From Mytilus californianus (taxonomy: Eukaryota), in NCBI RefSeq assembly GCF_021869535.1, contig NW_026262679.1, positions 17,174,001-17,238,000 of the forward strand: 64,000 nucleotides of DNA, given 5' to 3'. Numbering within the stretch: the stretch's first letter is position 1; every line of letters begins with the position of its first letter. Below, in pieces: positions 51,932 through 64,000 of this stretch. The notes beneath the pieces are model-generated. The model did not search any database. It saw only the letters and a list, made by a program, of their open reading frames with translations, and was not told where the DNA came from. The position numbers and the translations under genes were made by a program.

Positions 51932-52024
51932 ACGTCTATACGATTCTTTTTATAATTACAATATGTATCCTTGCATCTGTTATCTTATTCATATGTTGCA
52001 AATGGTGCTTTGAAAGACAAAAAA
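51932..52024 (+). CDS. Transmembrane exon (DVYTILFIITICILASVILFICCKWCFERQK)
   Basis: T-rich tract with cag acceptor, A|GTAAGT donor, phase 1-1. About 21 hydrophobic residues, then juxtamembrane Cys and basic residues. Confidence 0.9.
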
Positions 52025-52603
52025 GTAAGTTAAACATTAAAAACTGCAGAAGTAAGATTTACCTAGGTCTTTATTCATTATGTTTATTTGAATAATGGTC
52101 TTATTTCTGTTATTTTTTTATTTTGCATTAATATCCATTGACTATATATTCCATTGGATATTAACTAATAAATGTATATCACTTTTCTGGTCAGATTCAG
52201 AGGTTGTTACTGCTGTAAAAATGCGTAAATCTCACATAACAATACATGTATACATGCACCTGATCTAAAAATGCAATAAAATGTGTTTTAATCATTTTAC
52301 GAAAGCATGTTCTAACAAACTGTCTCAGTATATTATGTTACACGTATCGAAGACAATACACCTTTATGAAATGTGCCTATTGGTACATAATACTTATAGG
52401 TTTGAATGTCCTTTTGGTGTTTTTCGCCTCTCTTTTACATTATTAACAATATTGAATATTGAGAACATAAAATCTACAACAATTTATCTTTACTGCCCGT
52501 GTGTTACTCTTTTGAAATGTGACAACTTCTATAGTCTATGAGCATAGTGAATATGATATTTTGTTATTAAATCTAAAACTAATTGGCTATTTTCACTTTC
52601 CAG

Positions 52604-52648
52604 GAAAGCCAACTGATAATCAAGTAGATGCAGACATTCAAATCAAAG
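52604..52648 (+). CDS. Cytoplasmic exon (RKPTDNQVDADIQIK)
   Basis: ctttccag acceptor, AAG|GTATGT donor, phase 1-1, open frame. Confidence 0.6.
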
Positions 52649-55361
52649 GTATGTCAGTTCATATGGTATAATGAATAAAAAGAGATGTCGAGACTACGTT
52701 AAAAAGACATCAACCCAAAAATAAAAACAACTAATCAGGTCAAAAACAGCCGTCAACAGTATACAATTGTCTATACAATATGTCAAGCTTTAAATTGTCC
52801 TCAGTCTAAAAACAATTTGAATACATTAAAAAGATACTTTCAAAGATAAACCAACAACACCAAATTCATCAGATAATTAAACTATTAAGATATGACATTA
52901 TATAATCACTGACGAGGTTCCTGACTTAGGATAGGAACATGAAAATGTGGCGGGGTAGAACTATATAGTTTTTGAAACCTCAACCCTCCCAAATTAAAAC
53001 CCTATCAGAGTAACGTCAAAAGGCAGACAAACAAACCTACAACAAAAATGTTTTACAGGACAATTACGTAACACTGTAAAAGACAATTTCAACGTAAATA
53101 TAAACACAAAATAATAAACAAACTTATTCCATGTCAGAGAAAATTAGCAGTTACTATTCAAAAGTACTAAACCATGTCGATATGAATTCGTTCCGTTCGT
53201 CACTCGAATCTTGGTGAGAAACAAATCATTGAAGATTTCATGCAGCAACGTCATAAACAGAACACGATAATACGATTTTGGTTATAACAGAATACAATGT
53301 AAAGATGCATGTGCTTTGAATGAAGAAAACCGAAACATCACTGCAAACATTGGCATATCGAATAAACGGAGAAATGTACACTGCATATTAAGAAAAGCGC
53401 TATCAATACACACTATCAAGAAAAGGACCCATGGTATAAGGAAAGACCGTTTCAATTATCATAAGTTTTGATGCGAAATTTAACATGAAATATTCTAATG
53501 TCAATGTCTAAACTGGGCATCTGTTACTATAGTTGTTTGAGTAAAGCTAAGTTGATTTAAAAAAAGTTTATTTTCAAGTTTGTATAGAAAAATCTTCACA
53601 GAATATATCCTATAAATATCTGCGGATATTGTAAAAACATCTTTCAAATGTTGTTTCGTTGAGTCTTTGTAAAGTTTTGCCACACACTTATCTATAACAA
53701 TAAAGAAATAAATTTACAATAAGGATTTTTTTGGCAAATTTAGTTCCCATCGAAAACTAATTGCTTGTCGGTAAACTCTATTCTCTAAACAAACATAAAT
53801 ATTATCAAGCAAAACACCAATCAGTCTAATGGCTTTAATATTTTATTTGCATTCCCATTAGTAAATGTTTGTAAGCATTTCAGTTATCAATTATTACATA
53901 GACTGCTTACTGCACCTCGAAAAAAATATGGACACATTATTAGAATGAAAAAGATTAGTTTGAACTAGACAAGTTTAAAATTTGTATTAAAATATCTGTT
54001 TTGGATTGGAATAAGACCTTATGATTGAGAAGTGTAAAAAATGTGCAGCTGACTGTACTTGGGTAACAACTCCCTCAAGGAAAACTAGGCTGACACTGAT
54101 TATAAATAAGAAGATGTGGTACTACTGCCAATGAGACAACTCTCCATCCAAGTCGGCCTTCAACACAGAGCCTTAGATTTGATTAGATTAACTGATTAAA
54201 CTGTTTTTTTTTTCGTTCCTCTGGGTATTGATGCTCACAATTCTTTATGTATTTTGATTTCCAAAAGATTTATGGTACACAATTGAAACTATTTCATACA
54301 TTTCACTTTGATAGCAAATAAAAGGATATGGAGTAAATGTACATGGGACAAAATCGCACACAATACATATAAAAAAATAAAATAAATAGCAATGAACAGT
54401 GCTTTTATTCTTGTTCTTCATCTTGACAGTTGATGTAGGGTCTTCAATAATGAACGAATCATTCATACCCTACAACAAGGTCAAGACGGATATCTACTTG
54501 TTCTAGTCGACTGTTTGAATTACGTTGTATATACAAAACACTCATTGTTGTAATCAGCAATATGGCGTTGGGGTGCTCCACTATATTGGTAGCATGCAGG
54601 ATTTCTGTACGTTTTGAACATTAACACAAACCATATATCTGCGGCATAATATGGTCTTATCATACTTATCTTTTGAATTAGATCGCACTCCTACTGGTTG
54701 GGCGATATCCTTATGTGAAATACCAACTTTCATCGACTTCTTTTGTTTTTTTTATTATAACGATCCAAACAAGTATCAGAAGTAATCATAGATCTTCAGT
54801 AAAAATTAAAAGCTAGTGCAGATTCCTGTCTTACATCGGAGATGTTTCGATCCTAATATAATCATCAAAGACACATCAAATAATACAACCTTTCCTGTGA
54901 TAGGAAATATATAACCATGCAGCTCTATTCAAGTTACAAGGATTTTGATTGCCATACTCTTTTGAATGCTAAAACTTGGACATTGAAACATTTCATGTAC
55001 AGTTTGCACAAAATGAAAATTAAAAGTCTCAACATAAATGAACAATCTCAAGATGTAGACAATCTGATAAAAGGTTAGAGTTTTATAGGGATTTCTCAGT
55101 GTACATGTATTTTGTTGACGCCGTTTGATATCCATCCCCCTAAAGATGTCCTGTTTTTGCAAAGAATCTCATAAAATCAATGTAGAACGCATTGTTGTAT
55201 TTATTTTCAAAAATGCATATATATATTTATATTTCAATAATTATGTTCACAACATGTTACGATTTAAAACATAATTTATTAGATATTAATTATACCTGCA
55301 ACATTAGTTACATATCAAATTGTCTACGCTGATTGAATTAATCGTAAAATATCCTTTTTAG

Positions 55362-55408
55362 CGAAACCTTTAAATGGAGAGGTTGTTTTTCAAATCGAAG
55401 ATGAGAAG
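55362..55408 (+). CDS. Possible cytoplasmic exon (KPLNGEVVFQIEDEK)
   Basis: ccttttag acceptor, AAG|GTAACT donor, phase 1-0. No convincing phase-0 partner exon was found. Confidence 0.25.
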
Positions 55409-55698
55409 GTAACTATGATATTTAGTACACTTATACGAAGTGTTGGATTTTTAACATATGATTTCTGATGAAACATTTGATTTTCAAGTGATGAAATGAG
55501 TTACATGCATAAATAAGTAAAGTATTTTTAAACATGAAATATCATCTAAGGTTTTTAGTGTTGAATAACTACAATTATATCTAAAAATTCAAATAATCTT
55601 CTTCACTTGATAAATAAATTTAGAATACCCTACCAACTTTTCATGGAATTTACATTGTTTTTTTTTTTTACACTTGATGCAATTCTATATCATTTATA

Positions 55699-56504
55699 GG
55701 AACTTCTTAGGAAGAAAGATAAGAAGTTAGCAATATCCTTTAACTTTACGTTCCGCTATATAGATGATGTTCTCTCACTAAATAATACAAAATGTGGTGA
55801 CTATGTTGAACGAATCTATCCCATCGAACTAGAGATAAAGGATACTATAGATACAGTTAAGTCTGCCTCATATCTTGACTTACATCTAGAAATTGACAAT
55901 GAGGGTCGGTTGAAAACAAAACTTTACGACAAAAGAGATGATTTCAGCTTCCCAATTGAGAACTTTCCATTTCTATGTAGCAACATTCCAGCAGCGCCTG
56001 CATAGGGAGTATATATCTCCCAATTGATACGATATTCCCGGGCTTGTATTTCCTATCATGATTTCCTTGATAGAGGATTGCTGCTCACAAAGAAGCCAAG
56101 AGTTCCAAATGGTGAAGTTGAAATCACCCCTTCGTAAATTGTTGGTTGACCGTTATGGAATAACCGTTTCACAGATGATATCGGATATGTTCCTTATGTC
56201 GTAACTACAATACCCTTCCCTTTTCACGAATGTGACCTACCGAATTAGACTATTTACCAGATTTGTAACAACATAAGCAACACAACGGGTGCCACATATG
56301 GAGCAGGATCTGCTTACCCTTCCAGAGCACCTGAGATCACCCCTAGTTTTTGGTGGGGTTCGTGTTGCTTAGACTTAAGTTTTCTATGTTGTGTCATCTG
56401 TACTATTATTTGTCTGTTTGTCTTTTTATTTTGGCCATGGCGTTGTCAGTTTGTTTTCGATCTATGAGTTTGAATGTCCCTCTGGTATCTTTCGTCCTTC
56501 TTTT
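55699..56504 (+). mobile_element. 5'-truncated Penelope-like retroelement (likely Naiad-type): RT C-terminus plus 3' tail
   Basis: FRYIDDVLSL (YIDD at 55757-55768), YLDLHLEID, LYDKRDDFSFPI, SNIPAAPA*GVYISQLIRYSRAC. One TAG and a short deletion; no endonuclease follows the RT. Confidence 0.85.
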
Positions 56505-59290
56505 ATGTATAACATTTAGCGGACTGTACCCGATATCGTTTGCTTATGATACTGTAAAGGTTTTATTTTAAATTTAGTTATGATGGTCTCATGCATTTAC
56601 AATATTTCAGCTACTATTTGCAAGATCACCCAATTCTCAATCTCAACACACACAAGTATTTCGAAAGTCACTGATGACGTATATTAAAATAGGCGTTTAC
56701 CTGCGTGAAAAAAATATCTGCAAACAACTAATAAGGGCTTAACAGTTAGCCTGCTGTAACGAAACATAGCATACCTTTGAAAGTATTTTGTAGTTCCAAG
56801 TTTCTTTTTTTTGGTCAACAGACCTGACTTGAAAACCATTAATTAATTGATCATTGAAAAAAAAGATGAATACACATGAGTTTCAGCTTTAGGTATGCTC
56901 CATGTCAATGATAAGAAGGGGATAATAGATTTGAAACATTTGCAGCATCTAAAACATGGGCTGCATAACCGAAGAAAATGACAAACAAAACATATTCAAC
57001 TGAAAAATGGGCAGCAGAACAACAAATATATCAAATTAATTAATATATATACAAACTTGAAGTCTGGAAAATGTTTGAAGGCATAAACATAATCTGTCAA
57101 ATCTTAGATTTTAGTGTTTTAATGTGGATAGTTAGGGTCACAAAGAATCTTTTTGTGGAATATCAAACCACCTTTTCTAATTCTTACCTAATTTATCCTT
57201 TTCCGGACCTGTTGATTATTTCTATTTAATCAACGTGTGGTTCGTTTGCTCTCAGTTCTTCATTTGTCGAAATTCGAGTATGTCGTCAAATTTTCTTGCT
57301 TTCCTCTGAATTTGCTATTGTGACAACATGTAAAAAGGCGACCACGCCTGATGACGTCACATAGAAAGAACACCTCATTGATCAGGTGGATTGGCAAAAG
57401 TCTCTTGACTAACCTTAAGACATCACCAAACACTATTACCATCGATACAGGTAAATTTTCTAATACGAATGCTTGTAAAAGTTTGTAATAAAAACAAGGT
57501 TTTCGAGGACGAAGGTCGTACAAAATTTTTACCTAAAGAGAGAATACAGACATTGTAAAATAACACAAAATACAACAATGAAAACCCCTTAACACATTTA
57601 CGGGTAATTTATTTTCAAAAATTGTTGTTAAAACATATTCAAGAATGTGTAAAGTTTTCGTCAAAAGACAGCAAACAAACAGCATAATAAATTAGGCAAT
57701 GTCATTTAATGTTTAAATTCATTTTTACATTTGGACACGTTCCTGTGAAAATGAGGCGGGATAAACTAATGGGACATATAAGACTTATAAGTCAAAGAGA
57801 AACTGTTATTGCAATTGCAATTTAATTAAATTATTTGATATGACATTGACACGTTTCAGAATGGGAAGTTATCACACTAAAATTGAGAATGGAAATGGGG
57901 AATATGTCAAAGAGACAACAACCCGACCAAAGAGCAGATAACAGCCGAAGGCCACCAATGGGTCTTCAACGCAGCGAGAAAATCCCGCACCCGGAGGTGG
58001 TCCTCAGCTGGCCCTAAATAAAATTTTGTACTGAAAATGGACGTCACACTAAACTCCAAAACATATAAAGGAACTAAAATTTAAAAAACATACAAGACTA
58101 ACAAAGGCCAGAGGTTCCTGACTTGGGACAGGCGCAAAAATGCGGCGGAGTTAAACATGTTTTGTGAGATCTCAACCCTCCCCCTATACCTCTAGCCAAT
58201 GTAGAAAAAAGAAACACATAGCAATACGCACAGTAAAACTCAGTTTAAAAGAAGTCCGAGTCCGATGTCAGAATAGGTAACAAAATAAACTAAGCAAAAT
58301 GACAAGGATACATAAATTAACAAACATGTTAAACAAGATACACTGTAATCGATGACGATATTACTATAGTAATTGACTGATAAAATCAGTTATAAACGTC
58401 CATCTACCAAAACGCTATTACATATTGAATATAATTTTAGAAATCAAATAACAATCAACAAATCAAACATTTAGAACAAACATAAATATCATCAAGCAAA
58501 ACACCAATCAATATAATGGCTTTAATCATTTATTTGCAATCCAAATTAGAGAATATTTGTAAGCATTTCAGTTATCAATTATTACATAGAATGCTTACTG
58601 CATCTCGATTATAAAAAAATTGCTGAAGCAACATACAACACTGTACAAGTGTCTATAAAGAATTATACGTTGATACCATTATCTTTGTTTAAGCCTTGAT
58701 ACATTTTTTGTACATCTTGATAAATTATACGGAGATATCATTTGTAAAAAAAATATGGACACATTATTAGAATGAAAAAGATTAGTTTAGACTAAACAAG
58801 TTTAAAATTTGTATTAAAATATCGGTTTTGGGTTGGAATTAGACCTTGTGATTGAGAAGTGTGAACAATTTGAAGCTGACTGTACTTGGATAACAACTCC
58901 CTGGACGACAACTAGGCTGACACTGATTGGCATGTTTTGTTTCGTTCCTCCGAATATTGATGCTCATAATTCTTTATGTATTTTGATTCCCAAAAGATTT
59001 ATGGTACATACATTTCACTTTGATATCTTCTTGTTCTAGTCGACTGTTTGAATTGTGCATTACGTTGTATATAATGCCTTTAAAACACTCAGTGTTGTAA
59101 TCAGCAATATGGCGTTGGGGTGCTGCATTATATTGGTAGCATGCAGGATTTCTGTACATTTTGAATATTTTGATATTACTATAGTAATTGATTGATATAA
59201 AATCAGTTATTGAACATCCATCTACCAAAATGCTATTACATTGAATATAATTGTAGAAATCAAATAACAATCAACAAATCAAACATTTAG

Positions 59291-59377
59291 AAGAACTAAA
59301 TCGAGGAATTCAACTTGGACATATTCTGTGTGGTGAATGCCTTATGAAGGCAAATGAAATCAAAATGTGCATAAAAA
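59291..59377 (+). CDS. Possible cytoplasmic exon (ELNRGIQLGHILCGECLMKANEIKMCIK)
   Basis: Open phase 1-1 frame with strong A|GTAAGT donor but a weak acceptor tract. Confidence 0.25.
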
Positions 59378-60179
59378 GTAAGTTAATTTAGTTCTTTTTC
59401 ATTTTATCTATATTTCTGCATTGTATTCGTTAGCTCCTAGACGGTACAAATAATTCGTACGGTAAACAATCATGAGGTACGTTTATACCTAGCTTAAAAC
59501 TTTTGTTTGCAATTTAGACATGCCTAACATAGAAATAAAAACAGAAATTCTGACTTCAAATTCAATTAGTAAAGAAAATAAGAATGCTGTCATAATTCAA
59601 GAAATTACATATATGTTGTCCCACCCAGAAAATATTGTTCTTGGCTAAAATCGTCATGATAAATTACAGATGTTGAGATCAAACTGCTACCAAAGATTAT
59701 AAGTGTTATACATTTACAATATTTATTCCTTATTACTAACAGATTCAAGCAGAGCCATTTTCAAATTCAAATTCAATTAAACATACCTGCAATCGTTAAT
59801 ACGATAGAAACTTAATAGAACAATTTCAACAACAAAAATCCTTAAATAATCAATCAGTTAAAACGTTTGGCAAAAAACATAGTTGGTGCCCGCAAATCGA
59901 CTAAACATGGTGGCTTTTGTCACACAACATAAAAAATATTATATTAAAAAAACTTATTGAGGGAACATTCTTGTTAAACTTTTGAGAAGTAGAACAAATC
60001 TATGACAATGAATCAACGATTTGAGCGTACTTAAAACATGTTATTAGAAATTTGAAACATGAAACAAGATACAAAATATGAATTAAAAAACCTTCAGTCG
60101 AAGAGAGAAAAAGAAAAAAAACCAGATTAACACTTCACAGAAAACTAGCGATAACGCAACACAAACACCAACAAAACTC

Positions 60180-60495
60180 GAGAGAGAACTTGCATTCACC
60201 ATAAGGATAAACAGTTCCTACTCCACCTGTGCCACCCGTCGTGTTAATCTTGGTCAGAAAAATCCACTTTAAAGTTACTTTCAATTATGTCGACCCGAAA
60301 AGATAGTAGTAATGACAATATGAGCATATCTATGGAAGAACTATTTAAAAACGATAACCCCAACCACAATGACGCCGTAAAAATAACAAAGAGACGACTT
60401 CAACTTTACCATCACGAATCATTGGTTCAGCAGCTTCCTTGTAGACAGCAACCGCCTGTCGAAGGAATATCTCGCCGCGATATAGCCTTTTAGTG
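60180..60495 (-). mobile_element. Decayed 3' end of the same Penelope-like family
   Basis: Reverse complement ACAAGGAAGCTGCTGAACCAATGATTCGTGATGGTAAAGTTGAAGTCGTCTCT matches the RT C-terminal region and tail at 56080-56340. Confidence 0.6.
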
Positions 60496-60981
60496 TTGAT
60501 GCGTCTTTAAGCTATTACGAAACAAGCAATCAATCAATCAGTCAAGGAAAACCCAAACTTTAAAATATCGAGTATACTTGAAAATATATACTCCCTATGC
60601 ATATGCTTATTAATTCTGTGAGGAGACTCTTCTATAAAGGATAAAATAAAGTTTTGAATTCTGGCTGCTTTCCACTAACAAATCGAACCTACCAAAAATA
60701 CCAATTTTTTGTCAATCATATTGATTCTTTATCAAGTCGATTTCAGAAAATAAATACTGTAGCTTGACAATTATTAATTCAGCATGCTTTAAATAATCGA
60801 ATTAAAAGATCGTTTACAAAAGAAACATATCAATAACATGGTATTAAGATTATATTTATTACATTTTGTCTCGAACCCATCTTGGACATTCGTTTTTTAT
60901 TTTTATTAATTAAAAGTGCTTTTTATAATTTTTATCATTATGTTTAGTGAACTCCGTCATGATAATGCTTTTGTATATCAG

Positions 60982-61056
60982 ATAATGGAAAACACCAAAA
61001 GAAAAAAAAGAAAAAAGGTTTCAAGAAACTCAGAAATGGAGTAAACGGAACAACAA
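60982..61056 (+). CDS. Possible cytoplasmic exon (NGKHQKKKKKKGFKKLRNGVNGTT)
   Basis: tatcag acceptor, A|GTAAGT donor, 75 nt, phase 1-1, open frame. Confidence 0.4.
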
Positions 61057-61494
61057 GTAAGTCAGTCAAATATGTTGAACTGTAATTGTTTAAATTATTG
61101 TCGTGACATAAACTTTTTACCAGTGAGTATGTGGTCACAGCATGTTTATTATATCGGTGTTTATTTTTTTAATTTTGAAATATGATGAAATGATATTCAA
61201 CTGTAAGTTCAGTTTCTGTATTTGATACAGTAGGTACAGTGCAAACGGCAAAATAGGCAAACTGCCAATTCATTAGTGTTTAAAACAATTTGCACCTTTT
61301 CAATTTTACTTATAAATGGTGGTGTTAAATCAAATTTCATATTTTTATTGTGTAGTGCTAAATGTTTTCGATACAAAATAAAGAAATATGATTTATCATC
61401 TCTATTGCACTAAGTAATTGTAACACTGACAAACTAAAAAATATTTTACGTTTAATTACTAATTGAAAAAAATATTTCTTTGACTATGCATTTT

Positions 61495-62095
61495 AGGTAA
61501 CTTTTGGTCACATAGCTCCTATCGTTACTAAGTTTTTAAATGGTTAGGTTCGGGCGTTTTAGATGAAGGTAAATAAAAAAAACCTTCAGACGCACGAAAT
61601 GTATTTATTAGCACTGGGTCAGTACCACTGCTTGTGGACTATTAGTCCTCGAGGGTATCATCAGCTCAGATATCAGTGCTTCGGTACTGACATCATTTAT
61701 AACATACTTTTTGTTAATTTCCGTTGATGAATTAAGTCAACAGTAGTTTTCCCATGCTTATATCATGCTTACAACTCGCCCAAATGAATTAGGAAGAGAA
61801 AAATCAAAGTAACAAAAAAAAAATTAGGGAATCCCATGAACTCCAAAATGAACTAGACCGATTGCGTCTACAGGGTAAGCATGCATGCTTACATATGAAA
61901 TTATGTAGAAACTAAGGTTTAAAGATCCTCAGGCAAGGTTGACCTAAGATAAGTTTGGTTATGTTTTTTTTTTTGGTTCGTTTTGAGTATATAGACCCTA
62001 TTGTTTTTAACATATTAATACAGCCATGGGTTTCAAATATTTAAGTTTGAGCGTCCTGATGATGGTTTAAAAAAAGCACTCCGAACGTCAAGAAC
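61495..62095 (+). mobile_element. Decayed, interrupted copies of the 334-bp family
   Basis: CACTGGGTCAGTACCACTGCTTGTGGACTATTAGTCC, GAAACTAAGGTTT and TTTGAGCGTCCTGATGA match the reverse complement of 44081-44580. Confidence 0.6.
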
Positions 62096-63493
62096 TACTG
62101 AACCAGACATATTTAATATGTTCCATATGTTTTACTTTTGTTCTGATTAAAAGTCTACTTTTGCTATTTTGGCAATCAAAATACGATTCATTGGATCATC
62201 TATGTGTTTTTAATGGTTTAAAAGTTAACATTACATTATACTTGATTAGCCTGTTAATTTGGTTATTTGTTAACAAAATAGATTCAACTTCAGTCAGAAA
62301 TATGGCTGTTGTTTTTCATTTATTCCGTTGATTGATAGCGTTTGGTTTTGTCCGTTTTTATGGACTTCCCCTTGTAGAGTTTGGCTTTGAGTTTGTTTTT
62401 TTGTTATACCTTTTTTGTAAGATTATGGTTAATGTATCTTATTTGATTCGATTTTATCTTTAACACTTATTCACTATTTTCATAAATTAAAAAAAAAATA
62501 GGATGGCTTCCGACAAGCGAGACTGTCATCAATTTCACATACATGTATGCAATAACGGTCAACCTAGTTAAATGTAGCTATACTAGATATTGGAAAACCA
62601 TAGGGCTCAATTCAACTACTATAAAATGTGTTTTGTGTTTTGTGAGAAGGAAAACGAAAACATGCGTTCTTTAATATTTCCTATTGTATTAGCTACATTT
62701 GGATTGACCATTAAGGTCCCTAATTTCCATGTATTACTTTTATTAATGTACATGTACGACTCCGTCTAAAATCCATATAAAAGGTTATTAAGGGATGGAT
62801 ATCCTGATCATAGTTAATTATTATTATTTTGTTCAGAATGTGCAGGTACCTATACATGTTATATCAAAAGCTACCTGAAATATCTATTTTAACCCGTGTT
62901 CATCAAATAATATGGAATGCACTTTGATGCAAAGGTAAATACGTTCATCTCATCGCACATCGGGAAAAATTAATGGATGTGATTGGTTAATCGCCGTTAC
63001 GTGGAAACCCCCTATGGATCCGTAGGGGATCAGAAGATTTCATCGGGGTATCATGACGTCATGGCTACTATAATTGTTATTGTATTTCATTGTTTATCTT
63101 CATACAAAACTACAGGCAAAATCCCGTGTGCAATATTCATTGAAGCCGTTATACGGTTCGCTACTGACCCCTTTCGAATCCATAGAAGATAAGTAAAAAC
63201 TAACTCTCTAAGATTCCGTCAGTATCAAACCATATAACTAATAATGTGAAGTTAATTTATTTGCAATCTTATTATGATTCTATGTTTTTCAACAAGCAGA
63301 CAGTACGAGAACAACAATTAGTCATTACACGATATGTACCAACGACTAGTCAAATAACGAAACTCAATATTTGTAGGCCTTTTTGATTCCAATATTTTTT
63401 TAAATTGCAAATTGTTTTAGGGACTGATACTGAATAATACATGAGTCCTGTTATGGTTGTGTACTTACACATGTACATTGAATTATTTTGTAG

Positions 63494-63540
63494 ATCTTGC
63501 GTTTGAAAATAGTGCAACCAAACAGACCACTTCTTTTTGA
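63494..63540 (+). CDS. Possible terminal exon (LAFENSATKQTTSF-stop)
   Basis: ttttgtag acceptor. The phase-1 reading ends in TGA at 63538-63540, with AATAAA at 63572-63577. Confidence 0.3.
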
Positions 63541-64000
63541 CATTGTGTTATACTACTTCACTTCGGTAACCAATAAATATCTGCCACATTTTACCTATTC
63601 AAGGAAGAAAATGGAAAATCCATCAATGAAGGAGTTAGTAGATGTGTATAAACTGATGCTGGAATCCTCGTTCCATGAAATAGAATACGAAATATGTGTA
63701 TCTATTGCGTTTTATCAAGTTAACGACTGCATATGTTCATGTGGTGTCATACATTTAATTATATAACATTTGGTCGGCTTACACTTTGAATAGATGTTTA
63801 TTAAAATAAGAAGAATTGTCTAATAATCAATATTACCTTAACCGAACAACAATGTCGTATCAGTGGTCCTAAATATTTGCTTACTTACATATTATCATGT
63901 TATTACTTTCTATACAAGACGGTATTGTGTGCTAGTATAAACATTGAAACCTGCAACCCTAAATGTAACATGTAACCAATACTATACTTTTTGTGTATCT

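Larger units (their letters stand above)
15243..52648 (+). other. Multi-exon gene model: SP-Ig-Sema-PSI-FN3-TM semaphorin-like type I membrane protein (cytoplasmic exons may extend to ~63540)
   Basis: Eighteen exons with AG/GT boundaries (one of them, 50291-50352, only a candidate) join in compatible phases into one open frame. Sema motifs [50 protein letters not shown] and NPLM appear in canonical order. Confidence 0.8.

Noticed and set aside
52905-52945. CTGACGA...GAAA with an internal hairpin
   Set aside because: The hairpin is not flush with the core, and the sequence is a decayed copy of the CCTGACTTGGGACAGG dispersed repeat.
54835-54880. Minus-strand TTGATGA...GGATCGAAACATC hammerhead-like remnant
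   Set aside because: C3 is missing and stem II is broken, so it is too degraded to call.
60287-60493. 68-aa ORF as a cytoplasmic exon
   Set aside because: It is the antisense of a Penelope-like RT end.
62837-62893. ECAGTYTCYIK resembling an Ig F-strand
   Set aside because: An in-frame stop follows and there is no upstream Ig half.
63497-63766. 89-aa ORF as a phase-0 terminal exon
   Set aside because: No motif and a composition unlike a cytoplasmic tail. ORFs of this length occur by chance throughout the track.

Overview
AT-rich eukaryotic genomic DNA. The repeat families look bivalve (Mytilus-like); this is recognition from memory, not a search. The window holds one large multi-exon + strand gene, which I rebuilt by hand from GT/AG sites and phase compatibility. 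It encodes signal peptide - Ig domain - Sema domain - PSI - FN3 - transmembrane helix - short cytoplasmic tail (15243 to at least 52648, perhaps to 63540). This domain order is atypical for a semaphorin. The introns and the upstream 15 kb are full of mobile DNA: L1/Tx1 and CR1/L2 LINE remnants, two kinds of Penelope-like elements, Helentron-type elements, MITEs and a tRNA-derived SINE. The main non-coding signal is a set of type I hammerhead ribozymes. A 536-bp tandem unit (retrozyme-like) has four identical 44-nt hammerheads in the window, and two of them lie in tandem in the sense orientation inside one semaphorin intron. That same 5.5-kb intron carries seven hammerhead motifs of at least three sequence types, next to a GIY-YIG Penelope remnant.
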